A stretch of DNA of 61,646 nt, filler included, from 5 parts of 5 records of this genome joined end to end with filler, not necessarily neighbours in it; one strand, 5' to 3'; positions 9,701 to 19,193 are shown, counted from the first letter of the whole stretch. Made by a program: numbers and translations. The notes: generated from the sequence alone by a model not told the origin.

Positions 9701-10458
9701 ACCGGGAAATGACCTCCGTATCTACCTGAGGAATAGAGGGGATGGTGTGAGGCAAAGATGACCTGCTTGTGCTTATTCTGCTCCAGTGCGTCACGTATCG
9801 AGATAAGGATTTCACGACGGTAATCTTCTTCGGATTCCAGTTCATCAAAATCACAGTCAAAATCATCATCATATTTACTTTTGTTTTGTAGCCACCATTG
9901 CGAGTCGAGAACCAAAAGCGTGATATTTTTATTGAGTTCAACCTCGATGGGCCCCGGACAGGAACCATCAGGGAGGAAAACATTTTCGCTTTCAAAATAT
10001 TTTTCGATGAACACCTCCATGTTTCTGAGATTTTCAGGCCCGTCCAGCCCACCATTTTCCCAGTCGCGATTTCCCGGTATCATCATCAATTCGCCATCAT
10101 AATTTTTGAAGTTTTCCAGGAGTTGTATCAACAGGTCTGATTTCTCATCATAAGTTTTTTCTTCATCATCGGGAAGTCCGGCCGGGTATATGTAATTACC
10201 CAATAAGATGGTCGAGGAATTTTTGGATGCCGCCTGCATGAGATTTTGCAAAAGCATCAGGTTATCCTTACCGGCATCCTGATCTCTGAAGTTTCCGGTA
10301 AATAAAACCTGGTATTCCGGATCCTGAGATGAAGTAACAGCAGGTTCGGGTTTGAAATTTTTATTTACAAAAGGCTGATGCCGGTTGCAGGCGGTAACAA
10401 ATAGGATGAAAACCAGTGATTTAACCACCAGTTTGCAGGGGTTATAATTTGCTATCAT
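6706..10458 (-). CDS. Lipoprotein: degenerate metallophosphoesterase + atypical kinase-like domain + Omp85 (BamA/TamA-type) barrel
   Basis: Lipobox FVTAC; calcineurin-like motifs in order; GGGQQT...DWDRHDDQW...PRDRD; C-terminal LRGF...RFTG barrel motif and terminal Phe. Confidence 0.85.
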   Translation of the reverse strand: MIANYNPCKLVVKSLVFILFVTACNRHQPFVNKNFKPEPAVTSSQDPEYQVLFTGNFRDQDAGKDNLMLLQNLMQAASKNSSTILLGNYIYPAGLPDDEEKTYDEKSDLLIQLLENFKNYDGELMMIPGNRDWENGGLDGPENLRNMEVFIEKYFESENVFLPDGSCPGPIEVELNKNITLLVLDSQWWLQNKSKYDDDFDCDFDELESEEDYRREILISIRDALEQNKHKQVIFASHHPLYSSGRYGGHFPVEENLFPLLDINKYLWIPLPGFLYTGGRKFMGTPQDLAHPEYKELRKSLSTLFKNYDNITYISAHDYNLQYTFREGLHHIVSGSATTSDYSAGNYKYDFAYSSIGVGRLNFYENGDVILDFIKPEKDNPLGKIIFSTKLYNKTVNQPGTEIFGERPDYADSTVVRGASYQYEVGNFSRFLKGENYRREWSTDVPFKVFDIKKEHGGLEILKRGGGQQTKSVRLEAADERQYVLRSVEKYVEGALPDELHGTVAVDIVQDGISQSHPYGALTVPILADAAGVYHTNPQIVYVPDDPALGIYRKEMANKLYLYEERPAGDRSDVASFGRPEEVESTAKVLKKLENKHDHRVDQQAVLRARLLDMVIADWDRHDDQWRWAEFDKEDITIYQPIPRDRDQTYFVSEGPVNWVVRRRWMQPKFQGFRPETKFIPGFNFNARYFDRSFLNQTTREEWEIAARKMQQNLTDEVIEEAITTGLPESIFGISGEETISILKARRDKIVEFADAHYMFLAKSVDIPGTDDRDLFEIERLNDNETRVTAWELSQKKGKRKGIFYQRTFKHNETKEIRVYGRKDKDKFVINGDVNKGLKIRVIGGKGKDTIIDNSRVRGPGKKTLVYDKKDKNNILISSRETKNLITNRKGVNKYDRELFKYNVVVPLAYFGYSVDDGVFIGGGVYIKRYNFRDSTFHRIIGNYAYETDAFNIRYTGLISSFIRSLDLVIDADVSAPNVVGNFYGLGNETENDADLGGDLDREYYRVRYHYALLRPMLRKSINKNLETYLGASFIFGKVERTEGRFIDDLENNGLTEDIFLDQYLAGATARVEYDNRDDEDFPTRGIHWNVSARRMFGLNGYSGDFTELSSDLSLYLSFRKDPRMILALRFGGGKNWGEYPFYMAQGLGDKTNLRGFRANRFTGDAAFYQNTELRLRLFHLNTYLVNGNVGLLGFHDIGRVWLKYEDSDSWHNGYGLGVWMTPYEMLTFTVNLNMSAEETYVNLRLSYLF

Positions 10459-10484
10459 TTATTGACAATTCATTGATGATTATG

Positions 10485-10568
10485 CAAATATAAGGTTTGC
10501 CAAATATAAAAAAGTGATGTGGATGGTTAAGTTTCACACATCGCCATTGTGTAAAACCATTACTTTTG
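10485..10568. promoter_or_regulatory. Divergent promoter region with an inverted repeat
   Basis: TATATTTG twice on the minus strand (10485-92, 10501-08) and TACTTTTG on the plus strand (10561-68); inverted repeat GTTTCACACA-N7-TGTGTAAAAC at 10531-10557. Confidence 0.55.
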
Positions 10569-10585
10569 TCAATCATCATCAGCTT

Positions 10586-11677
10586 ATGAAAATTAACATT
10601 CGTACACGTCATATTCTCTATGAAATCCTATTGTTTACGGTATTGTGGATGATCATCATGAATATGTATTTCCTGATCTCATACTGGGGAATCCGTGGAT
10701 TTTTTTCAGATCCGCATATCATTGAGTTATTCGACATTTTTTACGGTTTTGACGACATCATTTTTCATAGTTTTACGTTCGGGTTGCTTTTTAGTTTTAT
10801 TAATATCACTTTCGACAGGTCGAGATTCCGGAAGTTATCCATTGGAAATATCATTTTGCTGAAGTCGGTTTTCTACATGGGTGCTATCATCATTTCAGAC
10901 ACCATGGTGATGTTGATAAATTCGCAGTTCAATGATATGGATATTTCGAAAATTTATTCACTTTTCATGGATGAATTGCCCGTCAGTTTTGTAATCACCA
11001 CATCAGTGTACTATACCTTTTTTATTTTGCTGTTTAATTTTTTATACCAGGTCAATAAACGCATCGGGCCGGGGATTTTATTCAACAGCCTGGTTGGCAA
11101 ATATCATAAGCCAAGGAATGAAAAACTGATTTTTTTATTCCTGGATATGAAAAATTCAACCGGCATTGCCGAAAAGCTGGAACATAAAAAATACAGCATG
11201 TTTATCAAGGATTGCTTTTCGATGCTTACAAACCCAATATATAATTGCCGGGCAGATGTATACCAGTTTGTGGGTGATGAGGCAGTTTTGACATGGAAAG
11301 CAAAAAAAGGACTTGAAAATTTGAATTGCCTGAAGTTGTTTTTTCAATTTCGTGAAGTGCTGGAAACAAAGCGGGATTATTTCATGGAGCAATACGGAAT
11401 ATTTCCCGGGTTTAAGGCCGGGATCGATTATGGTGAAGTTACCGTTACTGAGGTGGGAGAGATCAGGCGTGATCTGGCGTATCATGGTGATGTGTTGAAT
11501 ACGGCGGCCCGTTTAGAGAAATTGTGCAAAAGGGTTGGTCATGACCTGTTAATAACCGAATACCTTGATGAAGCCTTACAGGAAATGAACGGTTATGAAA
11601 AAATTCCGGTTGAAGGCTATCAAATCGAAGGAAAGGATAAGGCTGTTAAGATTTTTGCTGTCGAAGAACAACCTTAG
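10586..11677 (+). CDS. Membrane-anchored class III nucleotide cyclase
   Basis: About four TM helices, then FLDMKNST, YQFVGDE, AGIDYG and HGDVLNTAARLE; ATG 10586. Confidence 0.9.
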   Translation: MKINIRTRHILYEILLFTVLWMIIMNMYFLISYWGIRGFFSDPHIIELFDIFYGFDDIIFHSFTFGLLFSFINITFDRSRFRKLSIGNIILLKSVFYMGAIIISDTMVMLINSQFNDMDISKIYSLFMDELPVSFVITTSVYYTFFILLFNFLYQVNKRIGPGILFNSLVGKYHKPRNEKLIFLFLDMKNSTGIAEKLEHKKYSMFIKDCFSMLTNPIYNCRADVYQFVGDEAVLTWKAKKGLENLNCLKLFFQFREVLETKRDYFMEQYGIFPGFKAGIDYGEVTVTEVGEIRRDLAYHGDVLNTAARLEKLCKRVGHDLLITEYLDEALQEMNGYEKIPVEGYQIEGKDKAVKIFAVEEQP

Positions 11678-12693
11678 GAAATGGGTTTCTTGGCAGTTTT
11701 ATCAATTTCAGCATCAGGATAATTGATATTTCCATCCACCGGCAGTGTTAGGTAATATGTTCTCTTAGATCGGTTTGGCAGATAATCCTTCCTGAGCCAG
11801 GGATTAAAAATTTTGAGTGTTTTATAAGTGATGTTATGTTGACCGGCAAATTCCACCAGGTTGTGAATGGTGCTGGTTACTTTAATTTTTTTGGTTGGAA
11901 TGGGCGGGTACAGGTCTTCCTCGTCAATGTAAAATCCAAACTTTCCCGGATTTTCGAAAATAGTCTTGATGGCAAGAATCCTGAACACATACCTAGCAGT
12001 TTCGGTATTTAGCAGCAGGTCGTAATAATTATTCACTTGTTGGTCTTCAAGTTCCTCGGTAATTCTCCGGTTCCCGGCATTATAAGCTGCGGCAACAATT
12101 GTCCAGTTGCCGTATCTTTCGTAGGCTTCGTTAAGGTATTTACAAGCTGCCAGGGTTGATTTTTCAACATTGTATCGCTCATCAATTCCGCTGTTTACTT
12201 CCAGTCCATATTCCCGACCGGTTTTTTTTAGGAATTGCCAGAAACCTTTGGCGCCTGCAGGCGAAGTAACATTCTCCAGCCCACTTTCGATAAGGGCCAG
12301 GTATTTGAAATCCTCCGGGATGTTATTTTCTCTCAGGATGGGGTCAATTATGGGGAACCAGCGATTTGCCCTTTTCTGAAGTAATATTGTGGACGAATGG
12401 AAATAGGTATTCACTGTCAATTCACGATCCAGGTATTCACGCACATAAAAGACATTAAGTGGGGCTTCCTCGCCGGCAAAATTTACCTGTTCAGGAATTT
12501 TTATACTGTAAACAGAAGGAAACTGTCTGGTGGTTTCTGCTATTTCCACAGGTTGATTTGCAGGGATCGATTCATTATGATATTCCGGCAGTTCAGTTGT
12601 TTCAGTCAGTTTTGAGCTGTAAGAATGAAACAGGAAAACGTTGAGCAAAATGATTGCCAAAAGGCCTATGCCGATATAGATAAATTTCTTCAT
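11674..12693 (-). CDS. Lytic transglycosylase (SLT domain, MltD-like)
   Basis: LALIESG, SPAGAKGFWQF, AAYNAG and ETARYV motifs. Confidence 0.9.
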   Translation of the reverse strand: MKKFIYIGIGLLAIILLNVFLFHSYSSKLTETTELPEYHNESIPANQPVEIAETTRQFPSVYSIKIPEQVNFAGEEAPLNVFYVREYLDRELTVNTYFHSSTILLQKRANRWFPIIDPILRENNIPEDFKYLALIESGLENVTSPAGAKGFWQFLKKTGREYGLEVNSGIDERYNVEKSTLAACKYLNEAYERYGNWTIVAAAYNAGNRRITEELEDQQVNNYYDLLLNTETARYVFRILAIKTIFENPGKFGFYIDEEDLYPPIPTKKIKVTSTIHNLVEFAGQHNITYKTLKIFNPWLRKDYLPNRSKRTYYLTLPVDGNINYPDAEIDKTAKKPIS

Positions 12694-12825
12694 TCGAAAT
12701 GATTGGTTTTATTAGGTAATGGCAAAACTAACCACTTTATTGTAAGAGAAGGGTCGAATGGTGGTAAACAAGTAAAGTATTTGGAGGAACAATTTCTCCT
12801 GGTGTCAGGGCCAGAGCCTCTTTAA

Positions 12826-13371
12826 TCAAAATGGGCTTACAAAGTCCTTAAACAATGGTGCTACTTTATCTTTACCCGATAAAATTGGTTTTATATCTTT
12901 TCCCCAGTCAATATTCAGATCGGGATCGTTCCAAAGCAGGCTGCCTTCTGATGCTTTGTTATACACATTGGTGCATTTATAAAAGAAAACGGTATTTTCT
13001 TCGAGTGTGAGAAATCCATGTGCAAAACCTTCAGGAACCCAGTACATCCATTTGTTTTTGTCGGTGAGTACTGTAGAAGCCCATTTCCCGTAGGTTGGGG
13101 AGTGTTTTCGCAAGTCTACGGCAACATCCAAAACAGCGCCGCGCATCACCCTAACGAGTTTACCCTGGGTGTAGGGTGGTTTTTGAAAGTGCAGTCCACG
13201 CAAAACGTGCTTCCCCGATCTCGACTCATTATCCTGCACATAATTCACATCGATGCCTTTTTCTAGAAATTTGAGTTTGTTGTACGATTCGAAAAAATAC
13301 CCCCTGTCGTCTTCAAAAACGGCGGGTTTGATAATCACTAAATCCTTGATTCCTGTTTCTACAATTTCCAT
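12826..13371 (-). CDS. rfbC: dTDP-4-dehydrorhamnose 3,5-epimerase
   Basis: DDRGYFFE, QDNES, LRGLHFQ, GFAHGF and WNDPDL motifs. Confidence 0.97.
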   Translation of the reverse strand: MEIVETGIKDLVIIKPAVFEDDRGYFFESYNKLKFLEKGIDVNYVQDNESRSGKHVLRGLHFQKPPYTQGKLVRVMRGAVLDVAVDLRKHSPTYGKWASTVLTDKNKWMYWVPEGFAHGFLTLEENTVFFYKCTNVYNKASEGSLLWNDPDLNIDWGKDIKPILSGKDKVAPLFKDFVSPF

Positions 13372-13536
13372 GATTTTCTGATTTTGAAATCAAAGATAAA
13401 ACTCTTAACGTCTTTAAAGAAAAAATGGGCGACCAATTTTGGCCGCCCCATGGTAATATAGCTAAGCGTGTTTATTGATTGGCTGATTTTGGAAGATGGG
13501 CAAACACCCATGGTCCGTTAAACCAGCCATTGATTT

Positions 13537-13959
13537 TTATTCTTCATATTGATAAACTACGTATTTTTTAATGATCACCAATTTGTTTTTATCAACAGAA
13601 ACAATTTCCCACAGATAATCAGTTTGTCCGCCCCAGTAGTCTACAGTGATTGTTATAATTGAGTCGTTCCTGGCCCAGGAGCCTTCAAAATCAGCATAGG
13701 TGATGGGTGGAGTACCACACCAGCCTGCGTTTTTTCGTTCAATAAAAACCTGTCCGTCTTTAAACGAAAAACCATATTCATTGTCTTTTAGCCGGGAAGC
13801 CCTGTTGTAGGTCCAAATGGAATCATTTCCTGCCTGGTTTATCCAGCAACCTTTTAGCTGATCGGAACCACTGATTACCTGATCGTCATCTTTTTCACAG
13901 GCAACAATTGTAAGCAGTGATATGCCAAGTATTAGTCCGGTAATAAAATTTAACTTCAT
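13537..13959 (-). CDS. Hypothetical lipoprotein (lipocalin-like beta protein)
   Basis: Lipobox IVAC followed by acidic EKDDD; GWCGTPP motif; likely ATG at 13959. Confidence 0.7.
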   Translation of the reverse strand: MKLNFITGLILGISLLTIVACEKDDDQVISGSDQLKGCWINQAGNDSIWTYNRASRLKDNEYGFSFKDGQVFIERKNAGWCGTPPITYADFEGSWARNDSIITITVDYWGGQTDYLWEIVSVDKNKLVIIKKYVVYQYEE

Positions 13960-14031
13960 TGATCGATAACGTTTACAAAAGCTGTGAGTATTTCTCATGA
14001 TCATCATCCATTGTTCCTATCCAACTCCGGA

Positions 14032-14835
14032 TTAAAATAATACACCAATTTTTAAACCTGCAGAAAAGCTCAACGGCACATCTGGTGTAACGGCATAACC
14101 ATAATGGTAATTCCCGTCGCCATCATCGAACCCATACCCAACACCGCCATAGAAATCCACAAGAAACACGTCATTGATCACCCATTGTTTCCCAATGATA
14201 ACCTGTATCATCATCGAGAAATATTCATTGCGCTCAGTTGTGTAGTAGCTATCCCAGGGGTTTATGAATACCTCCTCCTTTTTGGTAAAGTAACCAAAAC
14301 CAATTTCAGGTTTTACATAAGAGCCTTTCAGGATGTGGGCATAACGCATGCCTTTCAAGTAAAAATCAGGGCTTTTGATGAACTTCATTCCGAATTTCAC
14401 AAAGCTTCCACGGGGGTCGTATTCGTTTGGGTCAGCACCAAGGCCGATAAGGCCAAGTGTGGCCTCCAGGCTTTGTCCGGGTTTAAGGCTGCGTTCAAAG
14501 GCCAAAGTTGTGTTGCCTGTAAGCGGCGAAAGGAAATCGAGTTTGATTGCATTTTTGTTTTGTTCCGAATAATTCATCGGGTTGTCCATCTCATTCATAA
14601 AGGTCATTTCCTTGCCATTCGAAAAAACAAGTTTGCTGATTTTTTCTTTGGTTAATGAAAACAGCAGGTCAGAGGGGTAGTCAGGAAGTGCGTATTTGAT
14701 TTCTTCTGTTCCTATCTCCCGGATTTTGCAATTCAGGGTATCCTGGTTGGTTTTAATAATGATGTCCTGTGCTGTGGCCGGAATGATGAGGAACAGGAGC
14801 ATCCCGAAGAGTAAAGTCAATTTTAAAGTTTTCAT
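14032..14835 (-). CDS. Outer-membrane beta-barrel protein, unknown function
   Basis: Signal peptide ending AQD, DIIIK..N-terminal domain, amphipathic strands and C-terminal GVLF; ATG 14835. Confidence 0.75.
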   Translation of the reverse strand: MKTLKLTLLFGMLLFLIIPATAQDIIIKTNQDTLNCKIREIGTEEIKYALPDYPSDLLFSLTKEKISKLVFSNGKEMTFMNEMDNPMNYSEQNKNAIKLDFLSPLTGNTTLAFERSLKPGQSLEATLGLIGLGADPNEYDPRGSFVKFGMKFIKSPDFYLKGMRYAHILKGSYVKPEIGFGYFTKKEEVFINPWDSYYTTERNEYFSMMIQVIIGKQWVINDVFLVDFYGGVGYGFDDGDGNYHYGYAVTPDVPLSFSAGLKIGVLF

Positions 14836-14876
14836 GATGAATCTGGTTTGTTGACGGTTAATGTGCCATAAACTTC

Positions 14877-14891
14877 TCAACTCTCGTGCCA
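14877..14891 (-). promoter_or_regulatory. Putative sigma54 -24/-12 promoter
   Basis: TGGCAC-GAGAG-TTGA about 40 nt upstream of ATG 14835. Confidence 0.5.
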
Positions 14892-15115
14892 AAGATCATC
14901 ATACCAATTATTTTAAATCAATAAAAATAATTAGTGTCTGTCCAATTCCCCCCTCACCAAATAATCATCGTACTGTCATATCGGGCGAAGCGAGATGCCT
15001 TTTGTTTTTGTACACTAACACGATTTAAAAGATCACCAACAATTAGCCATGAAAACCAAAGCACAGATTTAACACCCGTGCCTGGTTAAACATATTATTC
15101 ACATGAAATCAACTA

Positions 15116-17461
15116 TCATTCATATTTTATGGCATCTACCGGATTTTTCACTGCTGCTTTGTATGAAAGAAATAATACGGTAAGGAAGGTTACCAGCACC
15201 GAAAGCACAGCAGCAATTAAAAAGAAAACGGGGGATAACTGGATTTTGTAGGCATACTGGTCGAGCCAGTCGCGCATAAAATACCATGCAATGGGCCAGG
15301 CAATGATGTTTCCTGCTAATACAAGCCACATAAATTCGCGTTGCTGCAGGGCAATGATTTTAGAAATGGACGATCCCAATACTTTCCTGATGCCAATTTC
15401 CTTGGTTTTTTGTTCAGCCGTGAATGAAGCAAGTCCGAAAAGTCCCAGGCATGAAATGAATATCGCAAGGATTGCAAAATACCTGATCAGCGTTCCAAGA
15501 CGTGTGACGTTTTGATAGATCGTGTTGTAATAGTCGTCTAAAAAACGGTACTCAAAAGGAAACATGGGCAAAAAATCAGTCCACACCTCCTCAACATAAT
15601 CCATCGCTGAGGCTGTGTTTTGCCCATCCAGTTTTATCAACATAAAGCTATAATTTTCTTTGCTGTAAAAAATAGCAAGCGGTTCGATTTCACTATTCAG
15701 GGGCAGAAAATTGAAATCCTTTACAAGCCCGATTATAGCATATTTATCGCGTCCCCCATCAAAGGCAATCCACTTTCCGACAGGATTTTCCATGCCCATC
15801 ACTTTTGCAGCGGACTCATTAATTACCACTGCTACCGTATCGGTGCCATAACCGGGTTCAAAAAAACGTCCCTCCAACAATTTCATTTGCATGGTTTCCA
15901 GATAATCGTGATCACCACGCTCAAAACCGATCAATACATCATCATCAGTATCCTTACCCTGCCAGCTTAATCCGCCTGAATTACTCCCTACCAGGAAAGG
16001 CAGGTGTGATGATCGGGTTACGCTTTTGATGCCCGGATTTTGCAGGAGCCGGGATTTGAAATCGTAGAAGTTTTTCGAAAGATCACCCCTTAGCCTGGCG
16101 TAAACCACGTTTTCTTTATTCATGCCCAAATCTTTAGCATGAATGAAAGTAAGCTGCCTGTAAATCACTATGGTTGAAATGATCAGACTAATGGAAAGCA
16201 CAAATTGAAATACAACCAGCGACCGCCTGAACCACGGATTCCCGTTTGCGCTGCCACCAGTTTTTCGCAGGTTTTTGAGCGGGTTTATGGATGAAAGGTA
16301 AAAAGCAGGGTAACTTCCGGCAAGTAATCCTGTAAATACAGTGATACCTATCAGTACCCCAATCACAGCAGGGTTTGAAAAATCGAGCCTCAGTTCTTTT
16401 GAGGTAAGGTCGTTAAACAATGGCAGAAATATTTGTACCAATGCCAAGGCGATAAAAAGTGAAATAACCGATAGCAAAACGGATTCGCTTAAAAACTGGT
16501 AAACCAGTTGCTTGCGCCGCGCACCAACTACTTTTCGCAAACCAATTTCTCTGCTTCGTTTTGATGCCCGTGCCGTTGAGAGATTCATAAAATTGATGCA
16601 GGCAATCAATAAGATGAAAATAGCGATGATGGAAAAGATATAAATGTTTATGATCAGGTTAGGCGATCCGTCATAACCAAAAAGCCTTTCTCTTTTGAGT
16701 GGAAAAACAAAGAGGGTTGTTGAAATGGTTTCGTCGTTTCGGGCTTGTCTGAAATAGTGTTTGATTTTATCGTTAACTAAATCAATGTCTGCATTTTCAT
16801 CGAGTAGTGCATAAATGTAAAATGTATTCCAGCCATAGTAGATCAGTTCCCAGCCCACATCCTGAAGATGATCGAATGGCAGATATATTTCTGCTGTGAA
16901 GGAAGAATTATCTGGTGTGTCTGCAACGATGCCATTTACTTTGAAACTGATTTCATCATTCAGCCTGATTACTTTTCCCATCGGATCTTCATCACCGAAA
17001 TACTTTTTTGCTCCCTTTTCCGATAAAATCGCTGTGTATGGCTGAAGGGCAGTTTCGGGAGACCCCTTAAGAAAATTGAAACTGAAAACATTAAAAAGCC
17101 CTGAATCGGCCATCGAAATCTGATCGGCAAATTTTTTATCATCAACATTTATAACACCCGAAATACTGTAAAATCTGAAAATATCAGTAAACTCCGGAAA
17201 GTCAGTTTTCAGGTCTGCCGCCAACGGTGCCGGCATGCATGGGGTGGTGAGTGGGCCTGAGGAATATTGCTGCTGCTGAACAATGCGGTATATCCGATCA
17301 AAATTTTCATTGTTCCGGTTGTAGTTCAGTTCGTTTGAAACCCAGAGTAAAATCATAATGGCTGCGCCCAGGCCAACAGATAATCCCAGGATGTTGATGA
17401 TGGAATAGCCTTTTTGGCGAAGCATATTCCGAAATGCGATTTTCAGATAATTCTTAAGCAT
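15116..17461 (-). CDS. ABC transporter permease, MacB/FtsX family with duplicated domains
   Basis: MLKNYLKIAFRN start, ACINFMNL, REIGLRKVVGA and KEIGIRKVLG motifs. Confidence 0.93.
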   Translation of the reverse strand: MLKNYLKIAFRNMLRQKGYSIINILGLSVGLGAAIMILLWVSNELNYNRNNENFDRIYRIVQQQQYSSGPLTTPCMPAPLAADLKTDFPEFTDIFRFYSISGVINVDDKKFADQISMADSGLFNVFSFNFLKGSPETALQPYTAILSEKGAKKYFGDEDPMGKVIRLNDEISFKVNGIVADTPDNSSFTAEIYLPFDHLQDVGWELIYYGWNTFYIYALLDENADIDLVNDKIKHYFRQARNDETISTTLFVFPLKRERLFGYDGSPNLIINIYIFSIIAIFILLIACINFMNLSTARASKRSREIGLRKVVGARRKQLVYQFLSESVLLSVISLFIALALVQIFLPLFNDLTSKELRLDFSNPAVIGVLIGITVFTGLLAGSYPAFYLSSINPLKNLRKTGGSANGNPWFRRSLVVFQFVLSISLIISTIVIYRQLTFIHAKDLGMNKENVVYARLRGDLSKNFYDFKSRLLQNPGIKSVTRSSHLPFLVGSNSGGLSWQGKDTDDDVLIGFERGDHDYLETMQMKLLEGRFFEPGYGTDTVAVVINESAAKVMGMENPVGKWIAFDGGRDKYAIIGLVKDFNFLPLNSEIEPLAIFYSKENYSFMLIKLDGQNTASAMDYVEEVWTDFLPMFPFEYRFLDDYYNTIYQNVTRLGTLIRYFAILAIFISCLGLFGLASFTAEQKTKEIGIRKVLGSSISKIIALQQREFMWLVLAGNIIAWPIAWYFMRDWLDQYAYKIQLSPVFFLIAAVLSVLVTFLTVLFLSYKAAVKNPVDAIKYE

Positions 17462-17473
17462 AAGCTGTTTTGG

Positions 17474-18157
17474 TTAAAGTTTTCGCAGGTAAATGTTTCC
17501 ACTTATGGATTCGAGATGTATTTTATAACCGCCACCATTTAAACGGCTTTCGAGTTTGCCTCCAATCCAGTGGTGCTTCCATTCAGTTTTGCCGGCGGTT
17601 TCCAGGTCGAGATCCGAATAAAATTCCCCGGTAATGGTTTCCATCTTAATGGTTGCCGCTGCGCTCTCTTTTAAGCTAACATCAATAAAACCACTTATAG
17701 ATTGAGCCTCAATGGGCGTTTCGAAATCAATAACTTCGATATCGCCACTAATGGTTTCAATGTTGAGTTGAGATACATCAGGCAGGTATATCTCGCAATC
17801 GATTTCCATGTTTATACAATGATTATCACTACGTATAATTTCACCCAAATGAATTTCCGTTTCGTAGTTGCTGATTTCTTCGAGGTCTTCAACCTCACCG
17901 GTAATTACAATTTTCCCCGAAGATTCTTTAAGCTCCAGAATGAATTTATCATTGTCTTCATTATCGTTGATATTCACGATTACTTTGACAAAGGCTTCCG
18001 GCATATCCCATTTTTTTATGATGATCTGATCGGCAAAATCAAAGTTAACGGCTACATCCCGGTTTTTTGAAATGGCAAGTGATTTTTCAACCACCTCTTG
18101 TGAAAATGTGTATATCGAAAAAATGGACGCAAAGATGGTTATGATGAATGTTTTCAT
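17474..18157 (-). CDS. DUF4097/adhesin-like beta-strand repeat protein
   Basis: Signal peptide; repeated ETISG/TG motifs; ends LNGGG...SGNIYLRK. Confidence 0.8.
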   Translation of the reverse strand: MKTFIITIFASIFSIYTFSQEVVEKSLAISKNRDVAVNFDFADQIIIKKWDMPEAFVKVIVNINDNEDNDKFILELKESSGKIVITGEVEDLEEISNYETEIHLGEIIRSDNHCINMEIDCEIYLPDVSQLNIETISGDIEVIDFETPIEAQSISGFIDVSLKESAAATIKMETITGEFYSDLDLETAGKTEWKHHWIGGKLESRLNGGGYKIHLESISGNIYLRKL

Positions 18158-18244
18158 GATTCCTCCATGTGTTTAGGGTGACAAGAAAAAATGTTAATTG
18201 TTACAGTTGGAAAGGATTTGTGAGCCTGCCTCAACGAAGGCGGG

Positions 18245-18330
18245 CGTGGAGTTGTGAGTTGTGAGAAGAAAGAGGTGAGCGCATCACACCGACACCTCTA
18301 ACTTCCTGCATTCCATTCCACCTACATTCC
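18245..18330. repeat. Degenerate heptamer arrays, purine-rich then pyrimidine-rich
   Basis: GCGTGGA GTTGTGA GTTGTGA GAAGAAA GAGGTGA followed by a CACCTCT/AACTTCC/TGCATTC run. Confidence 0.5.
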
Positions 18331-18364
18331 GGCAACTCTTTAACCTGATAGCTCAGTATCCCAA

Positions 18365-19156
18365 CTACTTCTTCCTCAGGTAGAGGTTTCCGTTTATGGT
18401 AGATATCTCCATTTTTACACCGCCACCATTCAGTGTGCCTTTAACATCGCTGGAGCCTCCCATAAAGCGAAGCCCTTTGTCATCTTCATTTTCGGATTTT
18501 TTGATCTTGATGTCGAGATCGGTATAAATGTCTCCATGGAGTGAGTATAATTCCAGGTTTGATTTGGTTGATGATGGGAAGGTAATATCAATCTCACCAT
18601 TTATGGTTTTGATAGACATGGGGCTTTCCTGGTTTACAGACTGGAAATCGATGTTTATGTTACCATTAATCAGGTCGAGATATACCGGGCCGGTAGCATT
18701 TTTCATGGTCACGCCATCATTGAGCGCCTTCATTTCAAACTCACCAGCAAAGTCCTCAACAAGAACCTCTCCCGAGGTAAATGGACTTGAATAATCGATC
18801 ATTACGGCAATGGAGTTGGGCACTTTAAATGTGTAATCCGCATCGGCAGATATTTTGGTAGCTCCTGAAATGGAAATGACATTTCCTGCTTCCGATACAT
18901 TGAGGCCAATGCCAGAGTTGTCAACTCCGCCACCCGACAAAGGTTTTAATCCTTTCGCTCTTTCGGGAGGGGCTTCAAGCTCGCTGGCGGATATTTGAAT
19001 ATCAGAACTGTTATGGCCTACAATTTTAATTTCACCTGTTAGGTTTTTGATTTCAACCTTTTTGGCATTTCCGACTTTTACAGTGTGTTCCTGTGCGTAA
19101 ATTGTTCCTGAAACCAGGAATGCGATCACTAAAAATAATTTTGATAATGTGTTCAT
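18365..19156 (-). CDS. DUF4097/adhesin-like beta-strand repeat protein
   Basis: Signal peptide; TING repeats; C-terminal LNGGG...NGNLYLRKK; paralogue of the adjacent gene. Confidence 0.8.
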   Translation of the reverse strand: MNTLSKLFLVIAFLVSGTIYAQEHTVKVGNAKKVEIKNLTGEIKIVGHNSSDIQISASELEAPPERAKGLKPLSGGGVDNSGIGLNVSEAGNVISISGATKISADADYTFKVPNSIAVMIDYSSPFTSGEVLVEDFAGEFEMKALNDGVTMKNATGPVYLDLINGNINIDFQSVNQESPMSIKTINGEIDITFPSSTKSNLELYSLHGDIYTDLDIKIKKSENEDDKGLRFMGGSSDVKGTLNGGGVKMEISTINGNLYLRKK

Positions 19157-19193
19157 CTGTTTTCGTTTTTATGGTTTAAGATAATGGTTATTG

